From Candidatus Methylacidiphilales bacterium (GTDB lineage Bacteria; Verrucomicrobiota; Verrucomicrobiia; Methylacidiphilales; CAZTYG01), in NCBI GenBank assembly GCA_033875315.1, contig JANRJG010000011.1, positions 26,536 to 90,535 of the forward strand: a DNA stretch of 64,000 nt, read 5' to 3'. The notes beneath the pieces are model-generated. The model was not told the DNA's origin. It saw nothing but the letters and a program-made list of their open reading frames with translations, and made no database searches. A program made the translations under genes and the position numbers. Of this stretch, positions 8,795 through 16,483 are shown one piece after another (position 1 is the stretch's first letter; each line of letters opens with the position of its first letter).

Positions 8795-10113
8795 GCGTCA
8801 AGCCCGAGTCCGCGCAGGACCAGCCGGAGGCGGCCGCCGGCGTCGAGGAGGCGGTCGCCGGTGAAGGTGTTGTGGACATGCCCAAGGATGAGGACATGCA
8901 GCCAGGCCATGGCGGAGAAGGTGGCGGCCCAGCCGATGAAGGCAGCCCAACCGGAAGGACGATGGTGGCTGCCGAGACCGCGGCGGCGGCGCCATTCCAT
9001 GTTGGCGATGACGAGGCCGGCCTGGCACAGAGCGTAAGCCAGCCAGTGGAGGAGGAAGCCGGGATCGGCCAGGAGGTACTTCGAGCCGAACCAACCGGTG
9101 TGGAGGATGAGGGCGGAAGCGGCAAAGACGACCACGACATTGCGGTAGGTGTGGTGCTGGCTTCCTCCAAGGGGAAAGAAGAAAAACTTCAACAGGAGTT
9201 TCCGGTTGAAGATATTCCAGCGTCGCCAGTGTTCGATGGGGGAAGTGGCCAGGAGGGGGAAGCGGAAGTTGGGGGGGATGTCGGCGCCGAGGAAACGGCA
9301 GAAGACCACACAGAGGTCGAACTTGGCCGAAAGCCAGAGGAACCATTTGACGTAGTTGAGCAGGACATAGCCCCAGGCGGCCGCGGGGCTGAGGTTGGGA
9401 TCGGCGGGGTTTAAGTTTGAGAAGGGGGCAAAGTGGTTGAGCAGGCGCCAGGCGATGATTTTGAGAAAGGCCAGCCCCAGAAGCTGGAGGCCGCGTCGGA
9501 ATACCACGGGGTAGTTCCCGGCACCCTCCCATTGCTGGGAGGGACTGTAGTTGAGATTGGCGTAGATCTGTGGGATGAAGGCGATGTAGCCCAGGTGGCG
9601 GAAGTAGTCCGGCTTTTCCCACAGGCCGCGTCGCCATTCGTAGAAATAGTAGGCGTAGCGAAGAACAAGGCCGGTGGTGGCCATATCCACCAGCCAATTC
9701 CAACGGCCGGGCTGGTCGGGGAACAAATAAAACAGCGCCTTGGGCAGGACGACCGCAAAAAGCACCAAACCGGCCCAGAAGAGATGGGCGGCGTATCGGC
9801 CGCCGTAGTGCAACGCGCCGTAGCAGGCCAGCGTGACGATGAGAAAACAACTGCCGTAGAGCGGGAAATCCTGGAGCAGGTAGACTGCGCCGCAGAGACC
9901 CAGAACGAGCGGGTAGTGGCCGCGCTGGGCGGCAAAAACAAGAAGAACGGATATCCCGGCCAGCTTCCACGGCAGGACCCATGGGATCGAGGGATCAACC
10001 AGCACGTATGCCGTCATCATCCCGGCGTAGCCCAGGAGAAAAAGCAGGGTCCAAGCGATGACCAGTGCGTAATCAGCGCGCTGAAGGCGGACCACCCGGG
10101 TTGGTGCGCTCAT
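8791..10113 (-). CDS. MBOAT-family polytopic membrane protein, atypical signature (WRRWN)
   Basis: ORF 8791..10470 trimmed to ATG 10113, which overlaps the PHP gene stop (ATGA). 440 aa with many hydrophobic helices. MBOAT-like YIAFIPQIYANLNYSP and PNFRFPLLATSPIEHWRRWNIFNRKLLLKFFFFPLGGS. Confidence 0.75.
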   Translation of the reverse strand: MSAPTRVVRLQRADYALVIAWTLLFLLGYAGMMTAYVLVDPSIPWVLPWKLAGISVLLVFAAQRGHYPLVLGLCGAVYLLQDFPLYGSCFLIVTLACYGALHYGGRYAAHLFWAGLVLFAVVLPKALFYLFPDQPGRWNWLVDMATTGLVLRYAYYFYEWRRGLWEKPDYFRHLGYIAFIPQIYANLNYSPSQQWEGAGNYPVVFRRGLQLLGLAFLKIIAWRLLNHFAPFSNLNPADPNLSPAAAWGYVLLNYVKWFLWLSAKFDLCVVFCRFLGADIPPNFRFPLLATSPIEHWRRWNIFNRKLLLKFFFFPLGGSQHHTYRNVVVVFAASALILHTGWFGSKYLLADPGFLLHWLAYALCQAGLVIANMEWRRRRGLGSHHRPSGWAAFIGWAATFSAMAWLHVLILGHVHNTFTGDRLLDAGGRLRLVLRGLGLDA

Positions 10114-10829
10114 GACGAAGGGGCCGGGAGCAGCTTCCGCGCCCACTTGCGCATTTCGTGATGGAGGAATCCGACGACGACGAAGGTGGCAAGTTCGAGC
10201 AGACCGTAGGGCCGGTGGGTGTTGGTGATTTTCCCGGCGCGGATGGCCTGGAACACAGCCCGTGCCTCCAGGGTTTCGGCCTCGACCACGGCCGTATTGC
10301 GTCCGAAGAGAGCGAGGGCATGGGTGTCGGATGTGGCGATGAGTGGCTTGTGATTTTTCTCCGCCCACTCGGCGGCGCGGCGGTTGGGGTTGTAAAAGCC
10401 CAGGTAGAGGTGGCACCACTCGATGACATCGATCAGGCGGGCGAAGCGGTCGAGCACCGGCCCGACACAACTGTCCCGCGGGTAAAACGGATGGGGGGCC
10501 AGGACGAGGAGGTCCCCGCCCTTGGCCAGACGCAGGGCTTCGAGGTCTTCACGGGCCATGAGGTGGGGGATATCACCAGGGGCGACATTGATGAGGACGA
10601 TCTCCCTGCCCTCGATCATCTTTTCCACCCCGGGGAGCAAAAGCACGCCGCGAGAGCGGGCGTAGTTGACAGCATCGGGGTCGTGGAAAACTTCCCGGTG
10701 GGGGGTGATGGCCAGGACTTGGACGCCCCGGGCCACGCAGGCATCGACCAGATCCCGGGCACTGTAATCCAGGGCGTCCTGGGGGTCGCAGTCACAGTGG
10801 TTGTGCAATTCGACCCGGTAAGTGGGCAT
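10110..10829 (-). CDS. PHP-domain metal-dependent phosphoesterase
   Basis: 239 aa. PHP start YRVELHNHCDCD, later LAITPHRE, LAPHPFYP and IATSDTHA. Confidence 0.75.
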   Translation of the reverse strand: MPTYRVELHNHCDCDPQDALDYSARDLVDACVARGVQVLAITPHREVFHDPDAVNYARSRGVLLLPGVEKMIEGREIVLINVAPGDIPHLMAREDLEALRLAKGGDLLVLAPHPFYPRDSCVGPVLDRFARLIDVIEWCHLYLGFYNPNRRAAEWAEKNHKPLIATSDTHALALFGRNTAVVEAETLEARAVFQAIRAGKITNTHRPYGLLELATFVVVGFLHHEMRKWARKLLPAPSS

Positions 10830-10869
10830 GACGGCGGAGCGTTGGAAGTTGGGAGTTAGGGATGCGATC

Positions 10870-11553
10870 TCAGGCCCGGACCGAGGTTTGGCGGATGGTG
10901 GTGGCCTCCGGGAGCCACGTCACAATGTGGCGGATGAGGCTCTCTTCGGTTTCGAAGTGGGCGTGTTCGGCCGGCTGCGTGCAGAACCCGAAACCCTCGC
11001 CATAGGCGGTGCCGTTGGCCACGCAGGCGTCGCTGTCGCAATCGACCATCTGCTTCCAGGCCTTTTGCACGGCCTGCGGGCGCTTGCCCTCCAGTTCGTA
11101 TTTCCAGCCGACAAGGACACTCTTCGGGAACCAGCCCCGGAGGTTGCGGATGAGTTTGGGGGCGGGCTTGAGGAGAAGCTTGATCTCCTGGGAACTGCCG
11201 CTGATTTTCTTGGCGATGACGGGTTGGTTGTCGATGTCCAGGATGGCATTGATCTCGAAGTCGCCGACAGCGGCGGCGTGGAAAACGGCGGCGAATTCCT
11301 GTTCCTTGGAAAGGCGGATGAGTTCGGCTTTGAGGGAATCGCGGGTGGTGAAGGGAAGGATCTGGCCGTGTTTGGGTGGGGCAAAGGTGCTCTGGACCCC
11401 GCGCAATACGGTGACGTGCCAACCGGCGGCGGCCAGACTGTCGACAATGACCGCCCCATGGCGCCCGGTGGAAAAATTGGTCAACCGGCGGACCTCATCG
11501 ATGGGTTCGTAGGTCGGGCCGCAGGTGACGAGGACGTTTTTCAGGTCGGACAT
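10870..11553 (-). CDS. coaB: phosphopantothenate--cysteine ligase (stand-alone CoaB-type)
   Basis: 227 aa with MSDLKNVLVTCGPTYEPIDEVRRLTNFSTGRHG. There is no CoaC flavoprotein half in this ORF. Confidence 0.8.
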   Translation of the reverse strand: MSDLKNVLVTCGPTYEPIDEVRRLTNFSTGRHGAVIVDSLAAAGWHVTVLRGVQSTFAPPKHGQILPFTTRDSLKAELIRLSKEQEFAAVFHAAAVGDFEINAILDIDNQPVIAKKISGSSQEIKLLLKPAPKLIRNLRGWFPKSVLVGWKYELEGKRPQAVQKAWKQMVDCDSDACVANGTAYGEGFGFCTQPAEHAHFETEESLIRHIVTWLPEATTIRQTSVRA

Positions 11554-11727
11554 GGCTGGTATAAGATTATACGGCTTGAAGACCGGGGCGCAATGCCTCC
11601 TTGGAGGACTGTCAAGATCCCTTCCAGGTCGGCGGTTGTCCTGTCAAATCTTTTTGGATACCACAATATGGCTAGGTATGCTATAAAATGGGGTGCGCGG
11701 CCGGAACCGCCGCTGAGGAAACCGCCC

Positions 11728-12375
11728 ATGGAACACGCCAGAATTCTTATCGCGGACGACCAGGAAGGGGTGCGCACGATCCTGCGCATGGCCTTGAGCA
11801 GGCGTCCGGTGGAGGTGGATGAAGCCTGCGATGGACGCGATGCCCTGGCCCACTGCCTTTCCGGTTCATACGATCTGCTGCTGCTCGATTTGCGGATGCC
11901 GTTCTTAGGAGGACTGGAGTTTCTGGAGCAGGCACGCGCGCAACACATTGACACGCCCGTACTGGTCATCAGCGGCCATTTGGATGCCCGGGATTTACCG
12001 CGGGCCTTCGGCCTGGGCGTGGTGGATTTTTTGTCCAAGCCTTTCGAAATCGGCAGGATGTTGGAAACGGTGGACGATTTGTTGCTCAGACAGCACGAGT
12101 TGCGACAGGACATCGACTGGAGGGTGTTGGCGAATGGTCCGTTGCTGCGGCGCGCCCGGGCCCTGGTGCAGGGGAGGCGATGGGAGGAAGCGGAAGAGGT
12201 CCTGTCGGTTATTCTGGAACGGGAGCCGGGCCACTCGGAAGCCCTGGTGTTGGAGGGACTGATTGCCGAGGTTGGAGGGCGGTTCGGCCAGGCGGAGGCC
12301 GATTACAAAAAAGCCTGTTTGACGGAAAGGCACCGCGGGGAAAGCAGTCGATGCGAATGGCTGCATGCCGGCTGA
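11728..12375 (+). CDS. response regulator, REC domain plus TPR-like helical tail
   Basis: The 5' part of ORF 10822..12375 is antisense to coaB. The real start is ATG 11728 (MEHARILIADDQEG) or ATG 11668. REC motifs LLLLDLRMPFLGG, VLVISGH and DFLSKPF. No DNA-binding domain seen. Confidence 0.8.
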   Translation: MEHARILIADDQEGVRTILRMALSRRPVEVDEACDGRDALAHCLSGSYDLLLLDLRMPFLGGLEFLEQARAQHIDTPVLVISGHLDARDLPRAFGLGVVDFLSKPFEIGRMLETVDDLLLRQHELRQDIDWRVLANGPLLRRARALVQGRRWEEAEEVLSVILEREPGHSEALVLEGLIAEVGGRFGQAEADYKKACLTERHRGESSRCEWLHAG

Positions 12376-12448
12376 AGAATAGGGAACGCCGGACTTCCTT
12401 GACTTGCCAACAGCCAATGGGCCGCAAGCCCGCCCAGCCAACCCGTAT

Positions 12449-12604
12449 TCAGGGCTGACGGCGTCCGGCGACGGGAACCGTCCGTGGGGCACAGGCACAG
12501 CCGCTTGCACAGCCGGAGGCCTTGTGGCGACGGCGCCTCCAGAGGAAGTAGAGGGCGCTCCCGACGATCAGCCCCACGCAAGCAACATCGATCCAGGAAT
12601 TCAT
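12449..12604 (-). CDS. small FeoB-associated Cys-rich membrane protein (candidate)
   Basis: Not in the supplied track (51 codons). The ATG follows the feoB stop after a 7-nt gap. Sequence MNSWIDVACVGLIVGSALYFLWRRRRHKASGCASGCACAPRTVPVAGRRQP gives one TM helix, a basic patch and a GCxxGCxC tail. Confidence 0.55.
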   Translation of the reverse strand: MNSWIDVACVGLIVGSALYFLWRRRRHKASGCASGCACAPRTVPVAGRRQP

Positions 12605-12611
12605 GGTTGGG

Positions 12612-14852
12612 TTAGACAGGGGTCCAGCGGGAGAGGATCTGGTAACTCAGGACCGCACCTACCCAGGCCATTCCGGTCATGAGGAAGAACGCGGACACGG
12701 CCCAAGGCCATCCGGCCTCGGCCTTCATGATGGCCACGGTGGCACCGCATTGCATGCAAAGGGCAAAAAAGACCATGACCGCTACGGCCGTGGCGACTGT
12801 GAATACGGGCTGTCCGGCCCGGGGGCCCGAGGGCCAGACTTCTTTCTGGAGCTTGCTCCGCAGGTCGGTGGATTCCTCGTCCTGTTCGCCACCCAGATTG
12901 TAGATCACCCCCAGGGTGGAAATGATGACCTCGCGGGCGGGGAAGCTGGCCAGGACCCCGACGGTGATTTTCCAATCGAAGCCCGCCGGTGCGAAGAGCG
13001 GCTGGATGGCCTTGCCCGCGCGGCCGAGGATGCTTTGTTCGAGGTAGGCCGAAGCGATGGCATGGTCGAGCTGGCCGGAGGCTTCGCTCTCCGGGTCCCC
13101 GAGTTGGGAGGCGAGTTCGGCGGGAGAGGTTCCCGTGGTTTGGGAAGCGGAGGCCAGCCAAGCGGAGCGGACCTGGTCCTTGAGGGCCTCCGGTCGGGGA
13201 AAGTAGAGCATGGCCCAAATCAAGATGGTGATGCAGAAGATGACGGTGCCGGCATCGGTGAGGAAGCGTTGTCCGCGCTGGCCCACCCGCCAGAAGACGT
13301 CACGGAACGAAGGAAGACGGTAGGGTGGAAGTTCGAGGAGGAAGGGCGGGGAAGGCGCCTTCAGCACCAGTTTCTGGAGGAACCAGGCCAGAGGCAAGGC
13401 CAGAACCGGGCCCAGCAAGTGCATGGCAAAAAGGGCGAGTGCGGCCACGGTCGGGCCGTAGACGGGTTCAACGAAGGCCCCGATCATGACCAGATAGACC
13501 GGGAGGCGGGCCGAACAACTCATCAGGGGGGCGATGAAGATCGTGGTCAGGCGGGTGCGCGGGTCTTCGATGGTGCGGGTGGCCATGATGCCGGGAATGG
13601 CACAGGCGTAGCTCGACATCAGGGGAACAAAGCTCTTTCCACTCAGGCCGAATCCGCTGAAAAGACGGTCGGCAAGGAAGGCGGCGCGGGCCAGGTAACC
13701 GGTGTCTTCCAACAACCCGATGAGCAGGGTGAGAATCAGGATCTGGGGCAGGAAGACAAGGACCGAGCCCACGCCGGCGATGAGACCGTCGGCGACCAGG
13801 CTCTGGAGCATGGGCAGGCCCCCGAGTTGGCTACCAGCCCATTGCTGGGCAACACTGGTGGCGGTCTCGATGGCGTCCATCAACGGGCCGGACCAGGAGT
13901 AAACAGCCTGGAAAACACCCAGCATGACCAGGGCAAAGATGAGGGTGCCCCAGAAGGGATGGGCCAGGGCGTTGTCGAGGTGGCGGGCCCAGGAAGCAGC
14001 CGCGGCCTGGCGCTGGACGATGCACCCGTCAAGCAATCCGCGGATGTGTTCGGATATAAGGACCGGCTCGGCGGTGGCCGGGTGGTGTCCGCCGGAGAGG
14101 ATGCGGCCGTGGGCGCGGCGCAGCGATTCTTTCCGTGATTCTTCGGCCCCGGCCAACCGGTCGAGGGACCGGACCGAGGTATCAAAGAGGGCCCGCTGGG
14201 CCGTGAAGGCGCAGGGGTTGCCGGGGGTATTTTCAGGTGAGTGAGGTGTGAGGAAATCAAGGGCTTCCCGGATGGAGTCCGGCCAGACGGGGACCCGGAG
14301 GAGGGTCCGGGAGGCGGCGGCCCGGACCAGGGCTTCTTTGATTTCGCCGATGCCCCGGCCCTTGTGCCCCACGGTGGGGATGACCGGCACACCCAGGCGC
14401 TGCTCCAGTTTGGCGAAATCGAGTTGCAAGCCCTTGGAATGGGCCTCATCGATGAAGTTGGCGGCGATGACGATCGGGATGCCGAGACTGGAGGCCTGGA
14501 TGGCCGGGAGGAGGGAACGATGGAGTTGTGAGGCTTCGGCCACGCAGAGGATGACATCGGGCCGGGGTTCGGTGCCAGTGCGGCCACAGAGCGCATCGAC
14601 GGCGATCTGTTCGTCCGGCGAGACGGCGTTGAGGCTGTAGGTGCCGGGAAGGTCGTGGCAGATGAGCTCGCGGCCTTCGTGCGCGGTGCGGCCTTCTTTG
14701 CGCTCGACGGTGACTCCGGGGTAGTTGCCGACGCGCTGGCGCAGCCCGGTCAGACGGTTGAAGAGCGAGGTCTTGCCCGTGTTCGGCTGGCCGATGATGG
14801 CTACGTGGAGCGGGGGGGCGGCGACGGTTGTTTCCGACGCGTGGGCGATCAT
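12612..14852 (-). CDS. feoB: ferrous iron transporter FeoB
   Basis: ORF trimmed to ATG 14852, which overlaps the feoA stop (ATGA). G domain IIGQPNTGKTSLFNRLTG and DLPGTYSL. Long polytopic C-terminal domain. Confidence 0.92.
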   Translation of the reverse strand: MIAHASETTVAAPPLHVAIIGQPNTGKTSLFNRLTGLRQRVGNYPGVTVERKEGRTAHEGRELICHDLPGTYSLNAVSPDEQIAVDALCGRTGTEPRPDVILCVAEASQLHRSLLPAIQASSLGIPIVIAANFIDEAHSKGLQLDFAKLEQRLGVPVIPTVGHKGRGIGEIKEALVRAAASRTLLRVPVWPDSIREALDFLTPHSPENTPGNPCAFTAQRALFDTSVRSLDRLAGAEESRKESLRRAHGRILSGGHHPATAEPVLISEHIRGLLDGCIVQRQAAAASWARHLDNALAHPFWGTLIFALVMLGVFQAVYSWSGPLMDAIETATSVAQQWAGSQLGGLPMLQSLVADGLIAGVGSVLVFLPQILILTLLIGLLEDTGYLARAAFLADRLFSGFGLSGKSFVPLMSSYACAIPGIMATRTIEDPRTRLTTIFIAPLMSCSARLPVYLVMIGAFVEPVYGPTVAALALFAMHLLGPVLALPLAWFLQKLVLKAPSPPFLLELPPYRLPSFRDVFWRVGQRGQRFLTDAGTVIFCITILIWAMLYFPRPEALKDQVRSAWLASASQTTGTSPAELASQLGDPESEASGQLDHAIASAYLEQSILGRAGKAIQPLFAPAGFDWKITVGVLASFPAREVIISTLGVIYNLGGEQDEESTDLRSKLQKEVWPSGPRAGQPVFTVATAVAVMVFFALCMQCGATVAIMKAEAGWPWAVSAFFLMTGMAWVGAVLSYQILSRWTPV

Positions 14853-15097
14853 GGCTTGGGCGGGACGGTGGGGGATTTCTTGACCCGGAGCTTCTGGGCA
14901 TCGGCATGACGGATACCGAGCTTGCCCGAGGGGAATCGACAAAGCACGGGACCACCCAGCGGCATCTTGTGCTGGAGGTCGATTTCATGGCCGGGCATCA
15001 AACCAGTCGCCATCAATCGCTGGGCCAGAACCGCATCCGGCCCGATATCTTCCAAGTGGGCTTTTTGACCGCTGCGAAGGGAGCTGAGTTTTGACAT
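14849..15097 (-). CDS. feoA: ferrous iron transport protein FeoA
   Basis: 82 aa from ATG 15097 inside ORF 14849..15655. FeoA-like LSSLRSGQKAHLEDIG...LMPGHEIDLQHKMPLGGPVLCRF. Confidence 0.8.
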   Translation of the reverse strand: MSKLSSLRSGQKAHLEDIGPDAVLAQRLMATGLMPGHEIDLQHKMPLGGPVLCRFPSGKLGIRHADAQKLRVKKSPTVPPKP

Positions 15098-15106
15098 AAG
15101 ATCCTT

Positions 15107-15123
15107 TTGAGAACTGTTCTCAA
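15107..15123. promoter_or_regulatory. perfect 17-bp palindrome TTGAGAAC-T-GTTCTCAA upstream of feoA (candidate metalloregulator operator)
   Basis: Read directly from the sequence. It lies 9 nt upstream of the feoA ATG (15097, minus strand) and abuts an AAGGA SD-like motif. The inner 7-1-7 TGAGAAC-n-GTTCTCA matches the Fur-type TGATAAT-n-ATTATCA at 10/14 positions. Confidence 0.5.
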
Positions 15124-15273
15124 TTATTAAGGAAGGGGCTCGAACTGGCAAGGAGGAATTGCAAAGCGCTGAAAATAGTTGGGGATCTAAAGGGGCCTTT
15201 AATTTGGGAAACCTGATGAGATTCCGGCTTGGGACTGGCCCTGGCCGGGGGCGAAGTGGTAGTTTTCCGCCCC

Positions 15274-15732
15274 ATGAATCCGCCCTCCTTTTCGCCCCGA
15301 GGCAGCAAGCAACAGATCGAGGAAGGTCTGGAGTTGGCCCCCAAGTTCGATGAAAACGGCCTGATACCTGTGGTGACCACCGATCATGCGACCGGCGAGG
15401 TCCTGATGATGGCCTACATGAATGCCGAGGCCCTACGGGAAACCATAGAGAAGGGCGAAGCCGTTTATTGGAGCCGCAGCCGGAACAAGCGTTGGAAAAA
15501 GGGCGAAGAAAGCGGCAACGTCCAAGTGGTGCGCGAGATGCGGACCGACTGCGACCAGGACGCCATCTGGCTGCGGGTGACGGTGATGGGGCTCCAAGCC
15601 ACCTGCCACACGGGCTTTCGTTCTTGTTTCTATCGTTCGATCCCGACCGGGCCATCGGCAGTCAACGGCGTGACGTTGTGCCTCGAGGAGAAAGAGAAAG
15701 TCTTCGACCCGAAAGAGGTTTACGGACGCTGA
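15274..15732 (+). CDS. hisI: phosphoribosyl-AMP cyclohydrolase (monofunctional HisI)
   Basis: Motifs [51 protein letters not shown] and CHTGFRSCF. Start ATG 15274 (or 15229). Confidence 0.88.
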   Translation: MNPPSFSPRGSKQQIEEGLELAPKFDENGLIPVVTTDHATGEVLMMAYMNAEALRETIEKGEAVYWSRSRNKRWKKGEESGNVQVVREMRTDCDQDAIWLRVTVMGLQATCHTGFRSCFYRSIPTGPSAVNGVTLCLEEKEKVFDPKEVYGR

Positions 15733-16394
15733 CAGGGGTCCTGCCCCGGTGGCTGTCCGGTCAGCCAACCGCCCTCCCAATCAAGCCATTCGTAGCGGGC
15801 GATGGTTTTTTTGTAATCGTAAAGGGAGGCGCCATGTGTGGCGTAGCCCGGGTAGTGCCAACGAAAACCCTGTTGAGCGGCCCAAAAAAGTTCGATCAAT
15901 AACGTGGCCGTGCCCAGGCTGCGCTTCGATTCATCAGGGTCAAAGACCGCGTAAATGCTGCTCACCGACTCCAACCCTAAGTCCAGGTAACTGGCGGCGA
16001 CCAGTCGCGGACCTTGGCGCAATGAAATAGTGACATTACGGCAGGGATGCCCGTCCGGTTGGGGACCCAGGAAATCCTCCAGCGCATCGGGGACATCCTC
16101 CCGGAAGCGGGAGCGGTGGCGGAGGAAAAGGTCGCGTTGTTCATCTGTCAGTCGAGTCGGGCTGATCTCGCAGGAGAGATCCCGATTGCGGCGGAGAATG
16201 CGGCGTTGGCTTTTTCGCGGGGCCCAACCCTCCAAGGGGTAGCGCAGGGGCATGATCTCCCGTGCCTCCGCGCCTTGTTGCATCCAGCGGGTGCGAAAAA
16301 AGAACGGACCAAAATGTCTCCAACCCGCAGCCCAGGCCGCATCCATCTCTCCTGGGGATGAATGGGACCGCAAAAAGGCATCATGCTTCGACAC
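15720..16394 (-). CDS. arginyl/leucyl-tRNA--protein transferase family protein (Bpt/ATE-like, Cys-less)
   Basis: 224-aa ORF with GTG start. It aligns by eye to bacterial Bpt: [38 protein letters not shown] and YPGY...YDYKK. The N-terminal Cys motifs of Bpt are absent. Confidence 0.65.
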   Translation of the reverse strand: MSKHDAFLRSHSSPGEMDAAWAAGWRHFGPFFFRTRWMQQGAEAREIMPLRYPLEGWAPRKSQRRILRRNRDLSCEISPTRLTDEQRDLFLRHRSRFREDVPDALEDFLGPQPDGHPCRNVTISLRQGPRLVAASYLDLGLESVSSIYAVFDPDESKRSLGTATLLIELFWAAQQGFRWHYPGYATHGASLYDYKKTIARYEWLDWEGGWLTGQPPGQDPCQRP

Positions 16395-16483
16395 GATACC
16401 ATGCTGACAGATTAATGATGCAGAGAAAAGACCGGGCCGAGCAGCTATGATTCAATCAGGTTACAACGTTTCGGGAATTTAAC

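Noticed and set aside
10822-12375. A 517-aa plus-strand ORF.
   Set aside because: Only the last ~216 codons (from ATG 11728) encode the response regulator. The 5' two thirds are antisense to coaB and cross the intergenic spacer.
12488-12508. GGCAC...TTGCA, resembling a sigma-54 -24/-12 promoter.
   Set aside because: The GG-to-GC spacing is off by one. It also lies on the plus strand inside (antisense to) the small feoB-associated ORF, pointing into antisense feoB.
12603-14138. A 511-aa plus-strand ORF antisense to feoB. Similar long antisense ORFs occur at 18149..19714(-), 20998..22425(+), 26401..28113(-), 34557..36629(+) and 8798..9982(-).
   Set aside because: Each lies opposite, or in an alternative frame to, a CDS with strong family signatures. 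All have Arg/Gly/Pro/Asp-rich compositions without motifs, so I regard them as high-GC artefacts.
15111-15119. GAAC-T-GTTC as a possible LexA (Cheo-box GAAC-N4-GTTC / verrucomicrobial TGTTC-N4-GAACA) site.
   Set aside because: The spacing is N1 rather than N4. The context is the feo promoter, not an SOS gene. No such box is seen upstream of uvrD (36294-36357).
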